This document shows positions 16,758-23,882 of a DNA stretch of 60,080 nucleotides, piece by piece. Numbering within the stretch: position 1 is the first letter of the stretch; the number at the start of each line of letters is the position of its first letter. Both the position numbers and the translations under genes were made by a program. This DNA comes from an uncultured Oscillospiraceae bacterium (GTDB lineage Bacteria; Bacillota; Clostridia; Oscillospirales; CAG-382): assembly GCA_964614955.1 (NCBI GenBank), contig CAZTNR010000001.1:1-60080 (forward strand), read 5' to 3'. The notes beneath the pieces are model-generated. The model was given only the letters and a program-made list of their open reading frames with translations, was not told where the DNA came from and searched no databases.

Positions 16758-16786
16758 TAAAAAGAAAACCGCCGAGGGTTCGGCGG
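16757..16786 (-). terminator. Intrinsic terminator of the reverse-oriented cassette
   Basis: Stem ccgccga/tcggcgg (16769-16786). On the minus strand it is followed by ttttcttttt. Confidence 0.75.
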
Positions 16787-16798
16787 CATCAAGGTTAT

Positions 16799-16972
16799 TC
16801 AGAGTCCGTATTGGCAGGCAGAGCAGACTATTACTTTCCACTCTCTGAGCCCGTCCGGTGCACAGTCATCGTGACCGTATTTTATGAGCGTTCCTTCTTC
16901 AACGGGTGCAAAGACGTACAGGTACATAAAGTCGTTTGATTTTGGATCCTTCAGCGACAGCAGATATTTCAT
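16799..16972 (-). CDS. 57-aa hypothetical protein (below the ORF-track cutoff)
   Basis: The ATG at 16972 follows aaggagg. Translation is MKYLLSLKDPKSNDFMYLYVFAPVEEGTLIKYGHDDCAPDGLREWKVIVCSACQYGL. Confidence 0.55.
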   Translation of the reverse strand: MKYLLSLKDPKSNDFMYLYVFAPVEEGTLIKYGHDDCAPDGLREWKVIVCSACQYGL

Positions 16973-17007
16973 TTATATTTTCCTCCTTATGAAAAGACAT
17001 ATTCGAA

Positions 17008-17346
17008 TTATGTGTTAAGTGCTTCCGAGAACTCCCAAAGCCACTCTTCGCTCACATTTCCTGCGAATATTGCCTCGATATCCTCCATGATTCTATCAGT
17101 CTTACAGACTATGAAAAGGTCACGCTTTCTGAGGTTATCAAGTTTTTTCTCGATGACTTCGTAAAGGTTGACCGTGAGACCGTCTTTACCAAAGCCTACA
17201 ACTGTAAGCGCCTTTGCAATATTATTCATTGCCTTATCCCACAAATCGGAATTCTCTTTATAGAAGTAAGTTTCCATGTCATAGTCTTTATCCCAAACGG
17301 TGACTTCCCAGTCTGAAGTGTTCTGCATGTATTCGTAAAGTGTCAT
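17008..17346 (-). CDS. 112-aa acidic hypothetical protein (moron-like cargo)
   Basis: RBS aaaggagaaacc. The sequence is rich in D/E/W. No family recognised. Confidence 0.7.
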   Translation of the reverse strand: MTLYEYMQNTSDWEVTVWDKDYDMETYFYKENSDLWDKAMNNIAKALTVVGFGKDGLTVNLYEVIEKKLDNLRKRDLFIVCKTDRIMEDIEAIFAGNVSEEWLWEFSEALNT

Positions 17347-17364
17347 TTTGGTTTCTCCTTTATA

Positions 17365-17393
17365 TTGACTTTTTTGCCTTACTGTGATACAAT
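17365..17393 (+). promoter_or_regulatory. Strong promoter P1
   Basis: TTGACT, 17-nt spacer, TGaTACAAT (extended -10). Confidence 0.65.
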
Positions 17394-17398
17394 GTAGG

Positions 17399-17481
17399 CG
17401 GTCGGGGTAAGGCTCCCGACTCGCCCGTGTTTTAGGGTGAAGGGTGGCGGACTTTAGAGGGTTGCCACTCTTTTCTTTTTT
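17399..17481 (+). ncRNA. Predicted ~80-nt short transcript 1 (P1 to terminator)
   Basis: Hairpin ggcggtcggg/cccgac(t)cgcc. Terminator stem agggtggc/gccactct is followed by ttttctttttt. No ORF is present. Confidence 0.45.
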
Positions 17482-17504
17482 ATTCGCCCATTATTTATTT
17501 AGTG

Positions 17505-17533
17505 TTGACAAACGCCGATTTTAATGGTAGAAT
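17505..17533 (+). promoter_or_regulatory. Strong promoter P2
   Basis: TTGACA, 17-nt spacer, TGgTAGAAT (extended -10). Confidence 0.65.
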
Positions 17534-17539
17534 AAAGAC

Positions 17540-17621
17540 AAGCAAATGACAGGCTTTACTTGTCTTTATTTGCTGGATGTTTAGCCGTTTAGCGCCCTAC
17601 GCTTGCGGCTGTTCTTTTTTT
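17540..17621 (+). ncRNA. Predicted ~80-nt short transcript 2 (P2 to terminator)
   Basis: Extended hairpin agcaaat-gacag/cttgtc-atttgct. Terminator agccg-agcg/cgct-cggct is followed by gttcttttttt. No ORF is present. Confidence 0.45.
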
Positions 17622-17748
17622 ATTTTGTTTTAGCTTCTCTGATGAGCTGTGCAGCTTCCTTGGCAGTAGCCGCTTTTGCTTCAATGAGTTTTGCAAGGGT
17701 TTCGAGAAACGCATTTAGTTCGGCGTTTGTCATTCCATATTCTTCCAT
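17620..17748 (-). CDS. 42-aa helical peptide (below the ORF-track cutoff)
   Basis: The ATG at 17748 lies 9 nt after aggagg. Translation is MEEYGMTNAELNAFLETLAKLIEAKAATAKEAAQLIREAKTK. Confidence 0.5.
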   Translation of the reverse strand: MEEYGMTNAELNAFLETLAKLIEAKAATAKEAAQLIREAKTK

Positions 17749-17797
17749 TCCTTTCTACCTCCTGTCAGATGTATTTGTGCTTCTTTGGCACAATTTG

Positions 17798-17826
17798 ATT
17801 TTAGCATACTTATGTCAGTATGTCAA
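17798..17826 (-). promoter_or_regulatory. Leftward promoter of the reverse cassette
   Basis: On the minus strand: TTGACA, 17-nt spacer, TAAAAT. Operator copy 1 overlaps it. Confidence 0.6.
17805..17822. promoter_or_regulatory. Operator copy 1 (CATACT-N6-AGTATG)
   Basis: catacttatgtcagtatg. It is a near-identical copy of 17871-17888. Confidence 0.55.
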
Positions 17827-17870
17827 TCGGCATATAAGCTAAAATTGTCGGGCAATATTTGTGCAAGTTG

Positions 17871-17888
17871 CATACTTGTGTCAGTATG
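17871..17888. promoter_or_regulatory. Operator copy 2 (CATACT-N6-AGTATG)
   Basis: catacttgtgtcagtatg overlaps the -35 region of the rightward promoter. Confidence 0.55.
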
Positions 17889-17904
17889 TGGAATATGATA
17901 TAAT
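17876..17904 (+). promoter_or_regulatory. Rightward promoter of the RHH gene
   Basis: TTGTGT, 17-nt spacer, TGaTATAAT (extended -10). Confidence 0.5.
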
Positions 17905-17927
17905 GATATCGAAAGGTTGGTGAACTT

Positions 17928-18125
17928 ATGGCTTATGAGAAAAAGAAGACAGTAACTTCGTGGCAAGTGAAGGACAGGTACAACAAAAAGGCATACGACA
18001 GAATCGGAGTTACGGTTCCAAAAGGAGACAAGGACAAAATTCGTTTATTTGCAGAGGCTAAGGGGTTAAGTGTAAATGCTTTTATAGTTTCCGCTATCAA
18101 AGAGGCTATGGGCGAAAAAGAATAA
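17928..18125 (+). CDS. Ribbon-helix-helix (Arc/CopG-like) DNA-binding protein
   Basis: 65 aa. RIGVTVPKGDKDKIRLFAEAKGLSVNAFIVSAIKEAM follows a beta-strand then two-helix pattern. Confidence 0.65.
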   Translation: MAYEKKKTVTSWQVKDRYNKKAYDRIGVTVPKGDKDKIRLFAEAKGLSVNAFIVSAIKEAMGEKE

Positions 18126-18131
18126 TTTTAT

Positions 18132-18158
18132 GAAGAGGCTGAGTGCCTCTTCTTTTTT
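18132..18158 (+). terminator. Intrinsic terminator
   Basis: gaagaggc/gcctcttc stem followed by tttttt. Confidence 0.8.
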
Positions 18159-18183
18159 ATACAAACGCACACAAACGCACGGT

Positions 18184-18210
18184 AACGCACGCCGTGCGTT
18201 TTTTCTTTTT
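18184..18210 (+). terminator. Second tandem intrinsic terminator
   Basis: aacgcac/gtgcgtt stem followed by ttttcttttt. It is preceded by 3 x (a)aacgcac direct repeats at 18161-18190. Confidence 0.7.
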
Positions 18211-18273
18211 ATCGGGAAAGTTGCCGATAACTGAACGATGAAATGTTCTAAAATACGGGAAAGAAAGGAAGTG

Positions 18274-18675
18274 ATGCCTATGGCAAGAGGAAAACAGACA
18301 AGTCCTGAAGTGATTTACAAGGTTATGGTGTCATGGGCATTGACCGGGAACTATTCGGAAACGGCAAGACTTTTGAAAATGCCCCAAAGAACCGTTGAAA
18401 AAATTGTCAAGGACAACAAGGACAAAGAAGAGTTTGCGAAATTATGCGATGAAAAGAGAAGTGATTTTGCAAAGAGTGCAGACAGGATTATTTTCAAGGC
18501 TCTGCAGCGTTTGGAAAAGGACATTGACGACGAAGAAAAGCAGATACCCGTAAACCACTTGACGACGGTTATAGGCACGTTATTTGACAAGAAGGCATTA
18601 GCTGAAGGCAATGCTACGGAAAATGTAAAGGTTGAAATAAAGCTTCCCGAGGGTGCGGACGAGTATGCAGGATAG
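18274..18675 (+). CDS. terS: Terminase small subunit (HTH-containing)
   Basis: The position is immediately upstream of and overlapping TerL. HTH-like YSETARLLKMPQRTVEKIV. Confidence 0.6.
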   Translation: MPMARGKQTSPEVIYKVMVSWALTGNYSETARLLKMPQRTVEKIVKDNKDKEEFAKLCDEKRSDFAKSADRIIFKALQRLEKDIDDEEKQIPVNHLTTVIGTLFDKKALAEGNATENVKVEIKLPEGADEYAG

Positions 18676-20005
18676 CACGGTTGTCATTGACATTTCAAGT
18701 GCCAACGAAAAGCAGAAGGCATTTTTTCGTTCACGAAAGAGGTTTACAGGATACGGCGGTGCAAGAGGTGGCGGCAAAAGCTGGGCACTTCAAAAGAAGC
18801 TACCGCTTATGGCGTTGAAATTTGCCGGCATCAAAATACTTCTTCTCAGGCGGACATACAAGGACCTTGAACGAAACCACGTCAGGGCATTAAAGCCTGC
18901 ACTCAAGGGTGTTGCGGTATACAACAACCAGCAGAAGTTATTTGCTTTCCCGAACGGTTCGATTATAGAGCTTGGTTACTGTGCATCCGAAAGCGATGTT
19001 GACCAATACCAGGGTCAGGAATACGACGTTATTGCAATAGACGAAGCTACGCAGTTTACAGAGTATCAATTTGAGACCTTAACGGCGTGTCTTCGTGGTG
19101 CAAACGACTTTCCGAAGCGTATGTACATTACCTGCAACCCGGGCGGTGTCGGTCACGAGTGGGTAAAGCGTTTATTCATATCGAGAAAATACCGTCAAGG
19201 TGAAGACGAAGGCGACTACGAATTTATACCGGCAACCGTATTTGACAACACGGTACTTTTGGAAAAGGACAGGGACTATGTCAGAATGCTTGACAATCTC
19301 TCAGACGGTCTTCGTCAGGCTTGGCGTGATGGCAACTGGGATATGCTTGCAGGACAATACTTCTCGGAGTTTGACAGGTGTGTTCACGTTATAGAACCTT
19401 TCGAGATACCCGACAACTGGAAAAGGTACAGGACAATTGACTACGGGCTTGACTGTTTGGCGTGTCTTTGGGTTGCCATTGACGAGAGAGGCGACTACTA
19501 CGTTTACCGTGAGTATGCAGAAAGCGACAAGGTGATTTCCGAAGGTGCATCCGACATCTTACTTTTATCGGAAGGCGAAAAGATTATATACACGACGGCT
19601 CCCGACGACCTCTGGAGTCGCAGTCAGGAAACGGCAAAAAGCAAGGCGGACATATTCAGAGAAAGTGGTCTTTCTCTTTTCAAGGCTTCGAGAAACAGGG
19701 AAGCAGGGTGGCTTGCTATCAAGGAATTACTCCGGGTAAAGGGTGGGCAGTCGAGGCTTAAGATTTTTAAGAACTGTGTCGGTTTGATTGAATGTTTACC
19801 CGCCTTGCAGGTTGATGCAAAAAGACCTACCGACTGTATGACAGAACCCCACGACATTACGCATCTGCCCGATGCTCTCAGATATTTCTGCTTACAGTAT
19901 GTGTCGCCTGCAAAAGAGGTTGACAACAAGCCTCAGATTGAAAAGGATCTTGCAAAGTACAAGGCAAAGGTTATAAGGAATGCAAACAGAAGGAGAAGCT
20001 TTTGA
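18665..20005 (+). CDS. terL: Terminase large subunit
   Basis: Walker A GGARGGGKSW and Walker B-like VIAIDEA, followed by a nuclease domain. The ORF opens at GTG 18653 and the first ATG is at 18665. Confidence 0.9.
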   Translation: MQDSTVVIDISSANEKQKAFFRSRKRFTGYGGARGGGKSWALQKKLPLMALKFAGIKILLLRRTYKDLERNHVRALKPALKGVAVYNNQQKLFAFPNGSIIELGYCASESDVDQYQGQEYDVIAIDEATQFTEYQFETLTACLRGANDFPKRMYITCNPGGVGHEWVKRLFISRKYRQGEDEGDYEFIPATVFDNTVLLEKDRDYVRMLDNLSDGLRQAWRDGNWDMLAGQYFSEFDRCVHVIEPFEIPDNWKRYRTIDYGLDCLACLWVAIDERGDYYVYREYAESDKVISEGASDILLLSEGEKIIYTTAPDDLWSRSQETAKSKADIFRESGLSLFKASRNREAGWLAIKELLRVKGGQSRLKIFKNCVGLIECLPALQVDAKRPTDCMTEPHDITHLPDALRYFCLQYVSPAKEVDNKPQIEKDLAKYKAKVIRNANRRRSF

Positions 20006-20007
20006 GA

Positions 20008-20135
20008 ATTAGGAGTTCGGAATGCGGAATGCGGAATGAATTTCACCTCATCCGTCAGCACCTCATCCGTCAGCACCTCATCCGTCAGCACCTCATCCGT
20101 CAGCTACGCTGACACCTTCCTTTACACAAGGGAGG
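20008..20135. repeat. Palindromic repeat element, copy D, with two microsatellites
   Basis: ttaggagt, then (cggaatg) x3 at 20018-20038, then (cacctcatccgtcag) x4 at 20044-20103, then hairpin gtcagc/gctgac and a degenerate ccttcc/gggagg. Confidence 0.85.
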
Positions 20136-20197
20136 CTTAATAGCAAGAAACGCAACGGTTAAGAACAAAAAACAACACAAAAGGAGTGCAGAAAAGT

Positions 20198-20629
20198 ATG
20201 TATGCAAGAAAGGTTAAGAAGATTTGCAGTGTAAGAGGCTGCAAGAACACAGAGAGTTTTGCCATTGCAAAGACAAGGTCTGAGATTGGCAATGTGATTA
20301 TTTGTGCAAGCTGTCTTGCCGAGGCTCTTTCTTCGGTAGACGAATGCAGAAAGGAATACGACGAGAAGGTTAAGGCGGTAGTATCGTCTGCTCCTGCGGA
20401 GTTATTCTATCATCCCGAAAAGGCAAAGGCGGTTGTCGATGCAGGTGATGATGCGGTTGACGACGTCGAAAACGAAGTTTACGAAGCGGTTGACGATGTG
20501 GAACCTGCCGAGGAAAGCTCAGAGGCAGAAGAACCCTATGCAGAAGGTTTCATTTGTCCCGAATGCGGCAAGGTATTCGCCTCCGAAAAGTCTTTGAAGG
20601 CTCACGTTGCGAGAGCTCACAAGGAGTGA
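20198..20629 (+). CDS. Acidic protein with an N-terminal Cys4 cluster and a C-terminal canonical C2H2 zinc finger
   Basis: FICPECGKVFASEKSLKAHVARAH fits (F/Y)xCx2Cx3Fx5Lx2Hx4H. The N-terminus carries CSVRGC...CASC. Confidence 0.7.
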   Translation: MYARKVKKICSVRGCKNTESFAIAKTRSEIGNVIICASCLAEALSSVDECRKEYDEKVKAVVSSAPAELFYHPEKAKAVVDAGDDAVDDVENEVYEAVDDVEPAEESSEAEEPYAEGFICPECGKVFASEKSLKAHVARAHKE

Positions 20630-20634
20630 TTTAG

Positions 20635-20853
20635 ATGGACTTCAACGACATCTTGTTTTTGGTGTTTGCTTTTGTTTCTGTCTTTATTGCGGTTGAGATT
20701 TTACACTTCATCGAACGCAGAAGTCTTTACCGCTACATAAAAAGCGACAGCGTAAAGGAATACGACAGCAGGAAGAGTCCTCCAAAGCCCCTGCAGTCGG
20801 GTCACAGAAAAAGCCTTGACAAGTGGCACCACAAGGAAGGAGACGGTAAATAA
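20635..20853 (+). CDS. Small membrane protein
   Basis: TM helix ILFLVFAFVSVFIAVEILHFI. Confidence 0.55.
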   Translation: MDFNDILFLVFAFVSVFIAVEILHFIERRSLYRYIKSDSVKEYDSRKSPPKPLQSGHRKSLDKWHHKEGDGK

Positions 20854-22910
20854 TGGCATTTCCCTTTAGATTTTCACCTTCATCCTTTACGGGTGTTATT
20901 GCCGAAAAGGTAGGTTCTTTACTCGGCAAAGGTACGGGCGATGAAAAGGACGACAATCCCCAGCTTGACGTCGACAAAGACGGGCGGCCTCTATACAAGA
21001 GCGACATTATAAACAATCTTTATGAAGACCTTGAAAGGCGGCGTGAAGAACGTCATTCATACGAGCTTCAATGGATTCTCAACTCAAACTTTCTTGTGGG
21101 CAATCAGTTCTGCGACATAAATCCGTCTTCGGGTGATGTAGAGCAGCAGGAAACGCCTTACACTTGGCTTGAAATGAGAGCTTTCAATCTTATTTCACCC
21201 CTTATCGAGACGAGAATTGCGAATCTCAAGAAGCTTTCCTACAGCATGAAGGCAAAGCCCAAGACAAACGAGCTTGACGACTTTGCAAAGGCCGACATAT
21301 CCACGAGCATTCTGAGAAACTTTCAGGAGACAAGTGGTTTCAAGGCTAAGAACGACACGGCTCTTCACTGGAACGAAGTCTGCGGCAGCTGTTTCTATAT
21401 GGTTTGGTGGGACCCGTCAAAGGGCAAGAAGGCCGCCGAGGTTGAAAAGGTCGAAATTGGCGAAGACGGCATCGAGAAAAGAGAAACGCAGGGCATATTC
21501 CAGGGTGACGTTGACTACTGCACCCTTACGGCATACGAGGTTTTCCCCGACAACATAGCTCTTCGCGGCATCGAAGGGCAGAGGTCAATCATAGTTGAGC
21601 AGGTAATGAAGGTGGAAGAAATACGCGACCTATACGGAATTGACGTAAAGGGAAGTGAAATTGTGACATTCGCCTTAACTCCCATTTCCTCCGGCGGCGG
21701 TTACGGTTACGAAAACACGGTAACAAGCTACGGTCACAAGACGGTGAGTGATTCGGAAAAGGTTATCACCTATTTTGAAAGACCGTCAAAGCATCTTCCG
21801 AACGGAAGAATGATAATCGTTGTCGGCAAGGAGCATCTTGTATACTACGGCGACCTTCCTTATTCGAGAATACCTATAGTGCCTATGGTATGCATTGAGG
21901 TTGCGGGTCAGTTCTACGGCAAGAGTCCTATAGAAAGTCTTATACCTTATCAGAAGGAATACAACTCCTGCAAGAACAGGCTACACGAATACACAAAGCG
22001 TGTGTGTCTCGGCAATCTCGCCGTTGAAGAAGGCAGCATCGACGTTGACGAGTACGAAGAAAACGGGCTCGAACCCGGTGCAATACTCCCCTACAAGGCA
22101 GGCTACAACAAGCCGAGTTTTATGGAAAGCGCTTCGCTTCCCTCTGAGATTATGCAGGAAATGTACAATCTTCGTTCCGATATGGAATATGTTGCGGGTG
22201 TTTCTCAGCTTATGGTTATCGGTGCAACGCCTTCCGGTGTTACATCGGGTACGGCTATTGAGAACTTGAGAGAAATAGACAACACACGTCTTTCTCTTAC
22301 AGGCGACCACGTCAGAAACGCCGTAAAGGAGCTGGCCGAACTTATTCTTGAAATCTACAAGAAGTACGCAAAGACGCCGAGAATTCTAAGTTATGCCGGT
22401 TCAAACGACATAGCGAAGGTATTGACGTGGTGCAATCAAGACATCGAGAACACGGACGTTGAGTTTATCACCGAAAACGAGCTTCTCTACAGCGAAGACG
22501 CACAGAAGCAGAAGTTTGTGGAAGCCTATCAGATGGGTCTTTACACCGACGACAACGGCAGGATTACCGAAAGAGTCAAAATCAAGGCTCTTGACAGCAT
22601 GAAGTTATCGAGATACGACGAGCTTTTATCCATAAACCAGCTTCACTTACAGAAAGCACAAAGAGAAAATGCGTTTTTCGTTGAAGGCATACTTCCGTCT
22701 GTTTCGGACACAGACAACCACGTTATTCACATCGAGGAACACGAAAGATTTATACTTCAGATGAATTATGAGCTTATAAAAAAGAAGCAGCCTGCGTTGG
22801 CACAGGCATTTGAGGAGCATTTCAGAGAACACAAGAAGGCAATTACACAGCAAGAATTACAAAAGCAGGCTATGTTACAGCAGGCTATGATGCAGAACGG
22901 ACAGAACTAA
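20853..22910 (+). CDS. Portal protein
   Basis: 685 aa. It is the first large gene after the terminase and is followed by scaffold and capsid genes. The call rests on position and size. Confidence 0.7.
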   Translation: MAFPFRFSPSSFTGVIAEKVGSLLGKGTGDEKDDNPQLDVDKDGRPLYKSDIINNLYEDLERRREERHSYELQWILNSNFLVGNQFCDINPSSGDVEQQETPYTWLEMRAFNLISPLIETRIANLKKLSYSMKAKPKTNELDDFAKADISTSILRNFQETSGFKAKNDTALHWNEVCGSCFYMVWWDPSKGKKAAEVEKVEIGEDGIEKRETQGIFQGDVDYCTLTAYEVFPDNIALRGIEGQRSIIVEQVMKVEEIRDLYGIDVKGSEIVTFALTPISSGGGYGYENTVTSYGHKTVSDSEKVITYFERPSKHLPNGRMIIVVGKEHLVYYGDLPYSRIPIVPMVCIEVAGQFYGKSPIESLIPYQKEYNSCKNRLHEYTKRVCLGNLAVEEGSIDVDEYEENGLEPGAILPYKAGYNKPSFMESASLPSEIMQEMYNLRSDMEYVAGVSQLMVIGATPSGVTSGTAIENLREIDNTRLSLTGDHVRNAVKELAELILEIYKKYAKTPRILSYAGSNDIAKVLTWCNQDIENTDVEFITENELLYSEDAQKQKFVEAYQMGLYTDDNGRITERVKIKALDSMKLSRYDELLSINQLHLQKAQRENAFFVEGILPSVSDTDNHVIHIEEHERFILQMNYELIKKKQPALAQAFEEHFREHKKAITQQELQKQAMLQQAMMQNGQN

Positions 22911-22922
22911 GGAGGTTTTATT

Positions 22923-23861
22923 ATGAACAGTGAAGAAAAGAACTTTGATTCGGCAAGAAGTGAAGTCGAGGCACTTTTTGGCAGTGAGCAGGCAGTCGAC
23001 GACGTTATCCCGGAGGACACGGCAGAGCAGGTACAGGAGGAAACTCCTGCAGAAGAAGTGTCTGTCGAAGAAACGGTATCGGAACAGGCTATGGCTCAGG
23101 CAGAGGAAGCGGTAACTGTTGCAGAACAGGCGGCAGCAATCGCACAGCAGAAGGATGCTGAGGTTCAGCAGCTTTCACAGGAGCTCGAAGCTGAAAGGCA
23201 GAGAAGTGCGGCTCTTCAGAAGCAGAACCAGGAAATGAGTGCCCAGAGAGAAGAAGAAATCATTGAGGAAGCACTTGTGCCTCCCGTTCTTGACATTGCA
23301 TCCCTTGCCTTTGAGTCTCCCGAAGCACAGGCAGAGGCACAGAGAAAGTATGCCGAGGAAATGACGGCATACAATCAGAAAATTATGGAAAAGGAGCTTG
23401 CACCCTTAAAGGAACGTGCAAGAAAGGCAGACGAGCTTGAAGTCATAGAGACCATGAAGGCTCAGGTTGCAGGTGACAAGAGATTTACAGGCTTTTCGGA
23501 TATGATGCCGAGGCTTCAGAACATCATTAAGAACAACAAGGCTCTTGCAAATTCGGATATGTCTATGCAGGACAAGCTTATCCAGGCTTATGCCATTGCC
23601 CGCGGTGTTGATGCTATGGAGGCTCCCGAACCCGAGCCCCCAAAGGAAATGACAGCAGACGAGTTTGTAGACAAGTACAAGCAGAATCCCGATTTCAGAA
23701 AAGCTATCGAGCAGATAAGAATTGCCGAGCTTAACGACAGTCAGCAAGTGCCGCCCCTTGCATCAAGCACAGGTGCAGGGAATGTAGCACGAAATATAAA
23801 AGAAAAACCCGAAACACTCAGCGAAGCATCTGAAAGAACACGTCAGATGTTCCGCTCATAA
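22923..23861 (+). CDS. Scaffolding protein
   Basis: An acidic, A/E/Q-rich coiled-coil protein located between portal and capsid. Confidence 0.65.
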   Translation: MNSEEKNFDSARSEVEALFGSEQAVDDVIPEDTAEQVQEETPAEEVSVEETVSEQAMAQAEEAVTVAEQAAAIAQQKDAEVQQLSQELEAERQRSAALQKQNQEMSAQREEEIIEEALVPPVLDIASLAFESPEAQAEAQRKYAEEMTAYNQKIMEKELAPLKERARKADELEVIETMKAQVAGDKRFTGFSDMMPRLQNIIKNNKALANSDMSMQDKLIQAYAIARGVDAMEAPEPEPPKEMTADEFVDKYKQNPDFRKAIEQIRIAELNDSQQVPPLASSTGAGNVARNIKEKPETLSEASERTRQMFRS

Positions 23862-23882
23862 AAACAAAGGAGATGAAAAAAT

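Noticed and set aside
16727-16939. Plus-strand 70-aa ORF (MTPSPLKKGRLKRK…)
   Set aside because: It starts inside repeat element C and runs antisense to the better-supported minus-strand 57-aa gene, which has an AGGAGG RBS and a terminator.
17603-17842. Plus-strand 79-aa hydrophobic ORF
   Set aside because: It begins inside a terminator T-run without an RBS. The opposite strand carries a 42-aa ORF with an ideal RBS and its own promoter.
20044-20103. Possible CRISPR array (4 x 15-bp repeats)
   Set aside because: The repeats are directly adjacent with no spacers, the unit is too short, and it is a module of the dispersed palindromic element.
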